64,000 nucleotides of DNA from positions 192,001 to 256,000 of the forward strand of contig CAWETW010000003.1 in NCBI GenBank assembly GCA_963812155.1. The letters run 5' to 3'. Shown one piece after another: positions 43,198 through 52,696 of this stretch. The DNA is from Vulcanimicrobiota bacterium (GTDB taxonomy: Bacteria > Vulcanimicrobiota > Vulcanimicrobiia > Vulcanimicrobiales > Vulcanimicrobiaceae). The notes beneath the pieces were generated by a model. That model was given only the letters and a program-made list of their open reading frames with translations, did no database searches and was not told the DNA's origin. The number at the start of each line of letters is the position of its first letter. The first letter of the stretch is position 1. Both the position numbers and the translations under genes were made by a program.

Positions 43198-44499
43198 ATG
43201 CACCGGGTGCTCGAGCAGCCCGCGGTCGCACGCTACGAAGCGGCGCTCGGACGCGAAACGGTCAAACGCGCGGTGGAGCGAGTGCTCGACCGCGCGCGTT
43301 CTTTTCCGGAGGCGCCGGACGGCGATGCGTTGACTGCGGAGGTCGTCGCGGAGCTCGACGGCATCGCGCTGCAGAATCTCGTGCCCGCCGTCAACGCGAC
43401 CGGCATCCTCGCGCACACGAATCTCGGCCGCGTACCGCTCGCGCGCGAAGCGCTGGACGCGGTCGAACGCATGTCGCAGGGCTACTCGAATCTCGAATAC
43501 GATCTCAGCGAAGGACGGCGCGGGTCGCGCTACGATCGCGTCGTTGGTCTAGTCTGCGAGTTGACGAGTGCGGATGCGGCGCTGATCGTCAATAACTGCG
43601 CAGCAGCCGTGCTGCTCGTTCTCGACACGTTCGCGAAGGGCCGCGAAGTCGTGGTTGCGCGCGGACAGCTCGTCGAAATCGGCGGCGGATTTCGCCTGCC
43701 CGAAGTGCTCGAGCGCAGCGGTGCGCTGCTGCGCGAAGTGGGCACGACCAATCGCGTCTACGTGCGCGACTATGAAGCCGCACTCTCGCCGCAAACGGCG
43801 CTGCTGCTGCGCACGCATCCGTCGAACTACCGGATTGAAGGCTTTGCCGAGGACGTTCGCGGCGACGAACTCGTCGCGCTCGCGCGGCGCGCGGGCGTGC
43901 CGGTCGTCGAGGATCTCGGCAACGGGGCGCTCGTCGATCTCGAAGAATACGGGTTGCCGCACGAACGCACGGTGCACGACGCCTTATCCGAAGGCATGAC
44001 GCTCGTCACGTTTTCGGGCGACAAACTGCTGGGCGGTCCGCAGGCGGGCATCGTGGTCGGAAATGCGCGCGCGATCGCGCGCATGCGAACCAATCCTTTG
44101 CTGCGCGCGCTGCGCGTCGACAAGATGACGCTCGCGGCGCTGGCCGCGACGCTGCGCCTCCATCGCACGCCGCAATCGCGCGCGCAAATACCGTTTTATC
44201 GTATGCTGGGCGCGACGCTCGACGATCTCCGCGCGCGTGCAGGCGCGTATCTCGCAGCGATTCCCGGCGCAAACGTCGTGGAGAGCGACGCGTATGCGGG
44301 CGGCGGTGCGCTGCCGCAGACGCGGATTGCGTCGCTGGCGATCGCGCTTCCGGTGGCACGCGCCGGCGAGAGGGCGGCGAGCCTGCGCCGGGCCGAACCG
44401 GCGATCGTCACCCGCATCGCCGACGGCTGCGTGCTCCTCGATTTGCGCACGATCGCCCCCGCTGAAGACGCTGCCGTCATCGCCGCCCTCAGCCGCTAA
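43198..44499 (+). CDS. selA: L-seryl-tRNA(Sec) selenium transferase
   Basis: NATG..HTNLGR, VNNCAAA, EIGGGFRLP, EVGTTN, FSGDKLLGGPQAG, LRVDK; exact start uncertain. Confidence 0.93.
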   Translation: MHRVLEQPAVARYEAALGRETVKRAVERVLDRARSFPEAPDGDALTAEVVAELDGIALQNLVPAVNATGILAHTNLGRVPLAREALDAVERMSQGYSNLEYDLSEGRRGSRYDRVVGLVCELTSADAALIVNNCAAAVLLVLDTFAKGREVVVARGQLVEIGGGFRLPEVLERSGALLREVGTTNRVYVRDYEAALSPQTALLLRTHPSNYRIEGFAEDVRGDELVALARRAGVPVVEDLGNGALVDLEEYGLPHERTVHDALSEGMTLVTFSGDKLLGGPQAGIVVGNARAIARMRTNPLLRALRVDKMTLAALAATLRLHRTPQSRAQIPFYRMLGATLDDLRARAGAYLAAIPGANVVESDAYAGGGALPQTRIASLAIALPVARAGERAASLRRAEPAIVTRIADGCVLLDLRTIAPAEDAAVIAALSR

Positions 44500-44542
44500 A
44501 AGCGTACAAGACGTTCCTTGCCGGCGGCGGTACGCTCGGTGC

Positions 44543-45433
44543 ATGAAACGTTCGCATATCCTCGGACAAGCCGCGGCCTTGGGCCTTTTCAGCGTGTTGC
44601 CGCTGAAAGCAAGTGCGAAGACGGCGGAAGCCGCCGTGCCGATTTCGCCCCTCGCGCCGCCGGACGACGGCGTTCCGGTGGCGTTTTTGCTCTCCAGCGG
44701 CGCGGTCATGATCGATTTCGCGGGGCCATGGGAAGTCTTCCAAGACGCGCACGTCATGGGACGGGCGAAACCGGCTTTCAATCTCTACACCGTTGCGGAA
44801 ACGACGAAGCCCGTCGTGGTGAGCCATGGCGCGACGATCGTGCCTAAGTTCGCCTTCGGTGACGCCCCCGCGCCGAAAGTCGTCGTCGTTCCGGCGCAAT
44901 CGGATCCGACCGCTGCGGCCAAACATTGGTTGCTGGGCGCGGCGCGTCACGCCGACGTGGTCATGTCGGTCTGCACCGGCGCGCTCGTGTTGGCGCAAGT
45001 GGGTTTGCTCGATGGTCGCAGGGTCACGACCCACCATAGCGCCTTCAGGACGCTTGCAATGCAGTATCCCAAGGTGACGGTCGTCCGGGGCGTCCGATTC
45101 GTCGACGACGGTTCCATCGCCACGTCGGCAGGGCTTTCAGCCGGAATCGATCTCGCCTTGCACGTCGTGGCGCGCTATTATGGTGCGAAGGCGGCACGTT
45201 TGACGGCGTACGACATGGAATACCAGAGCAACAGCTGGCGCGACGCGAGTAACGCCGCCTACCGTAAGCCGCCGGTCGCATTGGCGGGCGCGGCGACGTG
45301 CCCGGTCTGCTGGATGACGATCGATCCGAAAAACTCGCCCTCGCTATCGTATCGCGGAGTTCGTTATTATTTCTGCATGCCCGCGCATCAGCAGCTCTTC
45401 GCCAGCGCTCCGCAGCGCTTTTTGAATGCATAG
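44543..45433 (+). CDS. DJ-1/PfpI family protein with C-terminal YHS domain
   Basis: IDFAGPWEVF, SVCTGA, TSAGLSAGID; CPVCWM...YYFC YHS domain; Tat-like N-terminus. Confidence 0.85.
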   Translation: MKRSHILGQAAALGLFSVLPLKASAKTAEAAVPISPLAPPDDGVPVAFLLSSGAVMIDFAGPWEVFQDAHVMGRAKPAFNLYTVAETTKPVVVSHGATIVPKFAFGDAPAPKVVVVPAQSDPTAAAKHWLLGAARHADVVMSVCTGALVLAQVGLLDGRRVTTHHSAFRTLAMQYPKVTVVRGVRFVDDGSIATSAGLSAGIDLALHVVARYYGAKAARLTAYDMEYQSNSWRDASNAAYRKPPVALAGAATCPVCWMTIDPKNSPSLSYRGVRYYFCMPAHQQLFASAPQRFLNA

Positions 45434-46260
45434 CTTCCCGCCGGGCTACTATACCGGTGAAAGCACGACGTGGGAAGCGGCGGACGTTTTGCTCACCGAG
45501 GTCCGGCACGCGGTCGCGAAGTCGGTCGCTCCGCATCAACACGAGGCGCCGTATTTCAGTTTGCTTCTGGAGGGCGCCTACGAAGAGTGCGGTGAGGATT
45601 TCGACCTTGCGTTACGAGCCCTACACGCTGGTCTTTCACTCGGCCGGGACGACGCATCAGGATCGAATTCTTGGAGCCTGCCGGTTCTTCGCAATCGATC
45701 TGCTGCCGAGATGGGAGGGCGTGATCGGCGAACTCGGTGGCGCGCGCGCGCACGTCTTCGAGTTATCCGGCGGCGACCCGGTGTGGCTCGTGCTGCGTCT
45801 CTACCGCGAGTTTTTGGCGCGGGCGGACGGCGCGAAAGCGACGATCGAAGCGCTCGTTTACGAACTTTGCGGTCACGTCGTCAAGCGATCGAGCGATGAG
45901 TTTCGCGAGCCGTCATGGCTATCGGTAGCCGACGCCGCAGTGTGCGAACGATTTCGGCAGCCATTCGATCTCGCAGCGCTCGCGTCGCAAGCCGGCGTCC
46001 ATCCGACGCACCTCTGCCGAGCCTTTCGCCGCTTCCGCGGTCATACGATCTCCGATGCGATAATCGGAGCGCGGGTCCAGTACGTCGCCCGCCGGCTCAC
46101 CGACTCGGAAGAACCGCTCGCGGATATTGCGATCGAAGCCGGCTTTACCGATCAAAGCCACATGTCGAAGGTTTTCAAGCGGATTACCGGCTACGCGCCC
46201 GGCGAACATCGGCAGTCCGCATCCTCGGCGCGTTCCAGCGCGAGACTGACGGCGATGTAG
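45426..46260 (+). CDS. AraC family transcriptional regulator (frameshift near 45605)
   Basis: N-terminal cupin PHQHE; C-terminal GVHPTHLCRAFR and GFTDQSHMSK.FK. Confidence 0.88.
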
Positions 46261-47072
46261 TCGCGATCGCCGATGCCGGTCGCAACCGCTTCTTCGAACT
46301 CCGCAAGCGCCGCCTCCATCAGCGGCGCGCTTGCATGCAAACGCTGCCTGGAAGCGCGCGCCAGCCGTAAATCCTTGAGCAGCGCGTTCGCCGAAAAGCG
46401 CGGTTCGGTATCGCCTTCGATCAGCTGCCCGCGCTTGGTCGCAACGCGTTCCAGCGCCGTAGCGAGCGTCTCGACGGCCAGCGTGCGATCGACGCCGGCT
46501 CGCCCCATGATGGCGAGCAGTTCGCCGATGGCTCCGGCATTCACGCACAGGAGCGCGTTGTAGGCGAGTTTGAGATGGCCGCTGGCCGCCGGCGAAGCGG
46601 TAAACGTGATCGTCGAGCCGATCGCGCCTAAGAGTTCGCGTGCGCGCTCGAACGCCTCGGCGTTGCCTCCCGGGAGGAGCGTCAGCGTGCCGTTGCGCGC
46701 GCCGTCAACGCTGCCTAACACGGGACACGCGAGGAAATCCACGTCGCGTTGCGCGGCAGCCGTTGCCAGCGATTCATACATCTCCGGCGAAAGCGTCGAG
46801 CACTCGATAACGAGGCTGCCGTTGCGCGCGGCCGGGATGATGCGGCCGAGAGAAATCGCTCGCGCGACGTCGTCGTCCCACAAGCTGGCGATCGTGACGT
46901 CCACGCTGGTGACGAGCGCTTCGAGGTGCTCGAACGGCGTCGCGCCCGCCGCGACCGCCGTCTGCATCATGCCGGGATCCACGTTCCACACCGAAACGCC
47001 GTGGCCGCGATCGCGCAAGTTGCACGCAATCGCAGTGCCCATTTTACCCGTGCCCGCAATCCCGACGTGCAT
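46191..47072 (-). CDS. NAD(P)-dependent beta-hydroxyacid dehydrogenase family protein
   Basis: GIAGTGKMG, CSTLSP, PVLGS, LKLAYN, LKDL motifs. Confidence 0.88.
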   Translation of the reverse strand: MHVGIAGTGKMGTAIACNLRDRGHGVSVWNVDPGMMQTAVAAGATPFEHLEALVTSVDVTIASLWDDDVARAISLGRIIPAARNGSLVIECSTLSPEMYESLATAAAQRDVDFLACPVLGSVDGARNGTLTLLPGGNAEAFERARELLGAIGSTITFTASPAASGHLKLAYNALLCVNAGAIGELLAIMGRAGVDRTLAVETLATALERVATKRGQLIEGDTEPRFSANALLKDLRLARASRQRLHASAPLMEAALAEFEEAVATGIGDRDYIAVSLALERAEDADCRCSPGA

Positions 47073-47088
47073 CGTCAACGCACTTGCC

Positions 47089-47865
47089 TCACAAACCCGG
47101 AATGACGCCAGGCGCGACGAGGGCGGCGACGGCGAGGAGGGCGAGTGCCGCGCCGGCCGGCGCAACGATGCGCTCGCCCGCGGGCGTAGCCTTTTCGGCG
47201 TACATCAGCGCCGCGAGCACGCCCATCCACGCCAAATGCGCGACGCCCGCCGCAAACATCACGAGCATCAGCGCCCAACAGCAGCCCACGCAAAAAAGCG
47301 CGTGGCCGAAGCCGATCCGAAATCCGTTGAGCGCGCCGCGGCGATACCGGCTCATTAGATAGAGGCCGGGATGACGGCAGGCTTTCAGGCACGCGTCTTT
47401 GAGCGGGGTGAACTGATAGATTGCAGCGAGTGCGAGTGTCGCCGCGGGTATCAGCGTTGCGTGCGCCGACAGCCACGGCCATGCGTCTACGAGCCGGTGC
47501 ACCTGCATGTCGCCGGCAAAGGCGGCCAGCGCGAAGGCCGTCCAGACGAAGAAGTACGCGCCCAAGAACGCACACAGCGCGACCGGAAAATCCGGCGCGC
47601 GTGCGGCGGTCGCCGCGTAGAGCCGGATGAACGCCAGCGACGACGGCAGCATCATCGCGACCGTCATGAACTGCCATGCGGCAAGCACGACGAGTGCGTT
47701 CAGCCAAAACGGACGTGCGCTTTCGTAGAGCGCGTGATGGTGCAGTTGCGCCGCAATGCCGCTGAACTCGGCCCACGCGCAAGTCGCCCAGGCGGCTGCG
47801 ATGACGCCACCGAGAACCGCGGTCGTGTTGAAGCGCGCGGAGCGGTGCGCCGCGTTGGCCGCCAT
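47089..47865 (-). CDS. DUF2182 family membrane protein
   Basis: W..MTVAMMLPS, YQFTPLKDACL.AC, CVGCCWALM, EK motifs. Confidence 0.85.
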   Translation of the reverse strand: MAANAAHRSARFNTTAVLGGVIAAAWATCAWAEFSGIAAQLHHHALYESARPFWLNALVVLAAWQFMTVAMMLPSSLAFIRLYAATAARAPDFPVALCAFLGAYFFVWTAFALAAFAGDMQVHRLVDAWPWLSAHATLIPAATLALAAIYQFTPLKDACLKACRHPGLYLMSRYRRGALNGFRIGFGHALFCVGCCWALMLVMFAAGVAHLAWMGVLAALMYAEKATPAGERIVAPAGAALALLAVAALVAPGVIPGL

Positions 47866-47869
47866 AACG

Positions 47870-48511
47870 TCAGCCTTCGAGGAGAAACTCGCCCTGAATT
47901 GCGTTGCGATCCTTGAACGTCCACACCATCCCGTGCTCCGGAATGTTCACGACGTGTTCCGACGCCTTCGCAACGACCGCGGGTGACCCGGGTATGGTGC
48001 TGAACAGGCTATCGCGCAGCGTCGTGATCGCGCCGTACGGGCTGCGATACGGCGCCATCGTCGCGCGAAGTTTGTCGCCGATGACGAGCGTGCCCTCACC
48101 GTTCTTCGTGTTGTGTTCGATCGGCGCCGTCTCGATTGCGACGTCTTCGGCGATCAAGCCGTTGAGGTCGGCAAGCGGTCCGCCCAAACGGCCGTGCCAA
48201 GCCGCCAAAATCGCGTCTTTCTGCGCGCCGGTCGCGCGCGAGTCGACGTAGCTGACGCGCTTCCAGCTCTTCGGCGTGAGAACGTTTCCCGGAATCTTCA
48301 CGACCTGCACGTAGTTGAGTCCGGTCACGTCGACGCCGTCGATCTCGCCTTTATCAATGTGATAGGCGAGAAATGAGTCGCAGGAGCCGCCGTCGGGATC
48401 TTCGCCGATCCAGCAACGGCAGAGCGTCCGGCACGAACACGCTTCGATGAGCGTGCCTTGCACGCTATACGCTTTTCCGGCACTCTTCTTACTGTCTTGA
48501 GTCTGGGTCAT
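47870..48511 (-). CDS. DUF1326 family protein
   Basis: EACSC...CRCWIG...C, G..GGP motifs; usual partner of DUF2182. Confidence 0.85.
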   Translation of the reverse strand: MTQTQDSKKSAGKAYSVQGTLIEACSCRTLCRCWIGEDPDGGSCDSFLAYHIDKGEIDGVDVTGLNYVQVVKIPGNVLTPKSWKRVSYVDSRATGAQKDAILAAWHGRLGGPLADLNGLIAEDVAIETAPIEHNTKNGEGTLVIGDKLRATMAPYRSPYGAITTLRDSLFSTIPGSPAVVAKASEHVVNIPEHGMVWTFKDRNAIQGEFLLEG

Positions 48512-48662
48512 GGCTTGCTCCCCCTCGGACGCGATTGCTTCCAGCACGCGCCGCTTGCCCCTGGCTGCGCTGCCGTTTCAGCGTCACAGGGATAGGTTCT
48601 CGCACTTAGCGCCCCGAAGCCGGGGCGGCCCTGAGTTCTACTCGTCTTCCAGGAGAAATGTG

Positions 48663-49346
48663 ATGACTACGATCGCGACGCAAGGCCCGGCCTTGCGCAT
48701 CAACGATACCGCGCCGAATTTTACCGCCGAAACGACCGAAGGAACGATCGACTTTCACGAGTGGATCGGCGACGGTTGGGCGATCTTGTTTTCGCATCCC
48801 AAGAATTTTACGCCGGTCTGCACCACCGAACTCGGTTACCTGGCCGGGTTGAAAGACGAGTTTACCAACCGCAACACGAAAATTTTGGGGCTGAGCGTCG
48901 ATCGCGTGGTGGACCATGCGAAGTGGGCCGACGACATCGAAGAGACGCAGGGCCACAAACTCAACTATCCGTTGATCGCCGACTCCGACCTCAAGGTGGC
49001 CAAACTTTACGGCATGCTTCCGGCCGACGCCGGCGACACGTCGGACGGCCGCACTTCGGCGGACAACCTAACCGTCCGTACGGTCTTCGTCATCGGTCCG
49101 GATAAGAAGATTAAACTCATGCTGATCTATCCGGTCAGCACCGGCCGCAACTTCGACGAAGTGCTGCGCGTGCTCGACTCACTTCAGCTCGCCGATAAAC
49201 ATCGGGTCGCGACGCCGGTGAACTGGAAGCCGGGCGACGACGTCATCATCGCGAACGCCGTTTCGGACGACGAGGCGCGCCAAATTTTCCCGGATGGATG
49301 GAAAGCACCGAAGCCGTATTTGCGCATCGTCCCGCAACCGAAGTAA
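48663..49346 (+). CDS. 1-Cys peroxiredoxin (Prx6)
   Basis: FSHPKNFTPVCTTE, GRNFDE, ATPVNW motifs. Confidence 0.93.
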   Translation: MTTIATQGPALRINDTAPNFTAETTEGTIDFHEWIGDGWAILFSHPKNFTPVCTTELGYLAGLKDEFTNRNTKILGLSVDRVVDHAKWADDIEETQGHKLNYPLIADSDLKVAKLYGMLPADAGDTSDGRTSADNLTVRTVFVIGPDKKIKLMLIYPVSTGRNFDEVLRVLDSLQLADKHRVATPVNWKPGDDVIIANAVSDDEARQIFPDGWKAPKPYLRIVPQPK

Positions 49347-49362
49347 CGCGCGACCGCGCTTT

Positions 49363-49971
49363 CTAGGAACGGGCGAAAATCAAGAGTGCCGTGAAGTCGT
49401 GATTGTCGGCGGCTCGTAACGCTTCGATGTATCTTGCGCGAGTCTGATGTGCATCGGTCAGGTTTGCTCGCCCCCACGTGAAAGGCGGTCGACCGAGTTG
49501 CTGAGCGAGAAGATCGCCGGCAAGGCGTGAAAACCGCCCGTTGCCGTTTGCGAACGGGTGAATGGCTACAAGGCGATGACTGAACCGCGTAGCGATTTCG
49601 TCAGGCGGATAGGTGCCGTGCTCAACCCAGTACCGCGCGTCGTCGATGGCCTGCTGCAGGTCTGGCGCAATTCGGTACGCATCGACGCCGATATTCCGCT
49701 CCGTCGTACGATATCGTCCCGCCCAGCGCCACACGTCTTCGAACATCTTCTGGTGCAGCTCGCATAGAAAACTACGATCCAGGATATCCCGCTTGCGAGC
49801 ATTGGTCCATTGCAGGGCAGCGGCTATATTGACTTGCTCGGCTTCGTTGAGTTCGTGTCGCAGCGTGACGTAGGACGGGATGAGCTCTTCGCGCTCGTCG
49901 GCGGTTATTGGCGTGTTGGCCTCGTCATCACCATCAAACAGACGATCGGACACGATGACCTTTTCGCTCAT
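49363..49971 (-). CDS. Mobile mystery protein B (Fic-like)
   Basis: ELNEAEQ.NI, VWRWAG.YR, IHPFANGNGRFSRL; paired with upstream HTH gene. Confidence 0.85.
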   Translation of the reverse strand: MSEKVIVSDRLFDGDDEANTPITADEREELIPSYVTLRHELNEAEQVNIAAALQWTNARKRDILDRSFLCELHQKMFEDVWRWAGRYRTTERNIGVDAYRIAPDLQQAIDDARYWVEHGTYPPDEIATRFSHRLVAIHPFANGNGRFSRLAGDLLAQQLGRPPFTWGRANLTDAHQTRARYIEALRAADNHDFTALLIFARS

Positions 49972-50425
49972 CCCACAGGCCACGCAGTGAGCCGGAAAGG
50001 ATTCGGTCGACCATGCGACTCTGTTCTGCTTTGAGATCGGACGCCAGAAGCGTTTGATTTTCCAGTCGCATCGTGTGATCGAGGCGCACGATGTCGTCCC
50101 GCGCTTTTTGTAACGCGCGCTCGCGCAGTAAGGCGTCTAGCGGCTCGACCGGCACGAAAGCGTAAACAAAGGCGCAGTTCATTGCCGTCGCGGTCTGGCG
50201 TAACGTTCGTAGCGTGGTCGCGCCGGAGACTTCGGCCTGCTCGATGACCGGAATACGTGACGGCGCAACGCCGATCCGAGCGGCGAGCTGCCGTGCGGTC
50301 ATGCCTAGCGACTCGCGAATGGCCTTGATCCAGCCTTTGGGCGGTGGTTCGAAGGCTACGTTGCGGAGGGGAGCCAGGCGCCGTTCCAGCTGCTTCCGAG
50401 CAAGCGCCGCTTGAGTATTGTTCAT
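49934..50425 (-). CDS. Mobile mystery protein A (Xre-like HTH)
   Basis: P.KGWIKAIRESLGMT..QLA, HTMRLENQ, LWD motifs. Confidence 0.85.
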   Translation of the reverse strand: MNNTQAALARKQLERRLAPLRNVAFEPPPKGWIKAIRESLGMTARQLAARIGVAPSRIPVIEQAEVSGATTLRTLRQTATAMNCAFVYAFVPVEPLDALLRERALQKARDDIVRLDHTMRLENQTLLASDLKAEQSRMVDRILSGSLRGLWDERKGHRVRSSV

Positions 50426-50448
50426 ATATAAGTGTCCTGTTGCGAGCA

Positions 50449-50477
50449 ATAGTAACATATAAATAGTAATATTTCAA
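50449..50477 (-). promoter_or_regulatory. Sigma70 promoter of the mobile mystery A/B pair
   Basis: TTGAAA-N17-TACTAT with extended -10 TG in an AT-rich tract. Confidence 0.7.
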
Positions 50478-50555
50478 GTCAAAAGGAACATGTTTATGTG
50501 AACGTTCCCCGCGTAGGCCAGCCTCCCGCCGTATCAAGAGCGAGTTTCCAGCGCC

Positions 50556-51578
50556 TTAGTGCTGGGGCATGGAGTCTAGGACGTCGCGAATTGCCTTGAG
50601 GACGATTTCCGGCTGGTCGAGCTGGATGTATTGACGGCCCTCGGCGTAGTCGAAAATCTGGCGGCCATTCGTGGAGAGCCGAAGCCACGAGCCCTGTGCC
50701 AGCGCGGAGTCGTGTTCGAAAGCCAGTCGATCGCGGTGGACGCTCGCCGGCGTCGCGGGCGGAAGTCCGAAGTGCCACGTGGTGAGCACCCGAACGGGAC
50801 GCGAGCCGAACGACGCGACGTGCTGTTGCAAGTACGCTTCGTCCGTCGGCATCTCGGCCATCTCGGAAATTGCGGCGGCGTAGAGCGAGGCTTGCGTCCG
50901 CACTTGTTGCAGCAGTGCCGCATTCAAGGCGTTCGAGAAGCGATCTTCGGGTAAGCCGCGGTAGAACTGCCCCGCGCACGTTCGCGGCGGACGTCCGGAC
51001 GGCGCCGGCAGCGGCGGCGGCGGCAACCCTTTCGCAACGGCAGCGTAGCACACGCGCATGCGCGCGATGATTCTCCGAAAACCGGCGTCATCGCGCGCCC
51101 GCCATTTCGCGGGTTCGACGTCGCCGTCGTCGGCATCCACGAGCACGATGCCGCCGATGTCCCGCATGTAGAGGTCGGCGAATGTCCGCATGTTGTAACT
51201 GCCGAACGCGTGCGCGACCAAGACGTAGGGCGGGGGAATCGCCGCGGCGTGCAACGCGGCATGCAGTTCGCCGGCGATCCGGACGCTCGTGCGCGGCATC
51301 GGACCGGCGTCGCTAAAACCGTAGCCGGCTCGGTCGAACGAGCACGCGCGCGTCCACTTGCCGACTTGCGGCTGGACGATCGACCACGACGGCGACCAGT
51401 CGCCCCATCCGCCGTCGAAAACGACGGTGGGCGAGCCAGACCCGACGCAGTAGAGATTCAAACGGCCGTCTCCGACCGTGACGCGCATGCCGGGTTTCGC
51501 GTACATCGTGTCGCCGGAGGACGCGCAGCCGAAGGCGGTTACCGCCGCCAATGCGGCGAGAACGCGGATGCCCCTCAT
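50556..51578 (-). CDS. Alpha/beta hydrolase lipoprotein
   Basis: Lipobox AFGC; G.GSPTVVF, DRAGYGFS; nucleophile elbow reads AHAFG. Confidence 0.8.
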   Translation of the reverse strand: MRGIRVLAALAAVTAFGCASSGDTMYAKPGMRVTVGDGRLNLYCVGSGSPTVVFDGGWGDWSPSWSIVQPQVGKWTRACSFDRAGYGFSDAGPMPRTSVRIAGELHAALHAAAIPPPYVLVAHAFGSYNMRTFADLYMRDIGGIVLVDADDGDVEPAKWRARDDAGFRRIIARMRVCYAAVAKGLPPPPLPAPSGRPPRTCAGQFYRGLPEDRFSNALNAALLQQVRTQASLYAAAISEMAEMPTDEAYLQQHVASFGSRPVRVLTTWHFGLPPATPASVHRDRLAFEHDSALAQGSWLRLSTNGRQIFDYAEGRQYIQLDQPEIVLKAIRDVLDSMPQH

Positions 51579-51582
51579 TCCG

Positions 51583-51978
51583 TCAAAACAAGAGCTTGGC
51601 GCGTTCGATTTTGCGTGTCATTTGTGAAAGACTCGCGTTCATCGAACCGAGCGACGCCGACATCGTACGAAGCGTTCTCTGCGTTCCATCGAGCTTCTCG
51701 TTGGTTTCGCGCAGCTGCGCGTTCGTTCTTGCTAGCCGGAAGTTGGTGGTCGAGAGTTGCCGGTTCGTCCGGTGAAGCTGGGCGTTCGTCTCTGCGAGAC
51801 CACGGTTGACGCCGGCCAACCCGTTGCGCATGCTGTCGATGTCGAAGAGCAGGAATGCGATAACGGCGCCGGCGAGCGCCAGGCCCGCGAACGTTAGCCA
51901 CGATAAACGATTGCGGCTCTCGCGACGCGCCGGGGCTGAGGCTGCCTGCAACATGCTCAACCGATTCCGCAGCTGCAT
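51583..51978 (-). CDS. Hypothetical membrane-anchored coiled-coil protein
   Basis: One TM helix then TNxxL heptads; start uncertain. Confidence 0.6.
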   Translation of the reverse strand: MQLRNRLSMLQAASAPARRESRNRLSWLTFAGLALAGAVIAFLLFDIDSMRNGLAGVNRGLAETNAQLHRTNRQLSTTNFRLARTNAQLRETNEKLDGTQRTLRTMSASLGSMNASLSQMTRKIERAKLLF

Positions 51979-52006
51979 GAAGAAAGTGTGAATCCGTAGC
52001 GTCGTT

Positions 52007-52564
52007 ATGGTTGCGGAACGCGTGATATACTTGCGTGACATGGAAGAAGTGCTCGTCGACGTGCCCGAGATCGAATTTCTCGACGGACGGCCCTATCCAA
52101 AGGTGAGCCCGAAGTTCACTCACGCTCTGGTGCAGGCTGCAATGTGCCGGATTCTGTACCGGTGCGCGGGCAAACGAGGGCGGGTCGGAACCGAGCTCGA
52201 CGTGTGGCCCAGCGGTTACCGCGGCGCAGAAACGAAGTTCGTACCGGACGTCGCCTACGTTTCCATCGAGCGGCTGCGCGCACTCTCACGCGAGGAGCGC
52301 GAGGAGCCGCCGTTCTCGCCGGATATCGTCGTCGAAGTATGGTCGCCGTCGAACCAACGCGAATATCTCGATCGAAAGATTGCGCGCTATCTCGGGACGG
52401 GCTCGCTGCTCGTGCTCGACGTCAACCCGCAAACGCGGACGATCGATGCGCACGATGCGCATTCCGTGCGGCGCTACAAAACCGGCGACGTTTTCATGCA
52501 TCCCGTCGCCGGTTGGCTGCGTTTCGATGTCGCCGAAGCCTTTTCCGACCTCGACGACGTCTAA
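52007..52564 (+). CDS. Uma2/DUF820 family endonuclease-like protein
   Basis: EFLDG, H..VQ, PDVAYV, PDIVVEVWSPS, K...Y motifs. Confidence 0.88.
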   Translation: MVAERVIYLRDMEEVLVDVPEIEFLDGRPYPKVSPKFTHALVQAAMCRILYRCAGKRGRVGTELDVWPSGYRGAETKFVPDVAYVSIERLRALSREEREEPPFSPDIVVEVWSPSNQREYLDRKIARYLGTGSLLVLDVNPQTRTIDAHDAHSVRRYKTGDVFMHPVAGWLRFDVAEAFSDLDDV

Positions 52565-52696
52565 CGAGCGACTTCGTCCTTTACGGCTCGACCTGTAGAC
52601 CCACGTAGAAGTCGAGGATCGTGCTGCCCCCTACGGGGCGCGCAATTTGGAATTGAGTGAGTAACCCGGGCCTCCCTTGGGAACGCTAAAGAGAGT

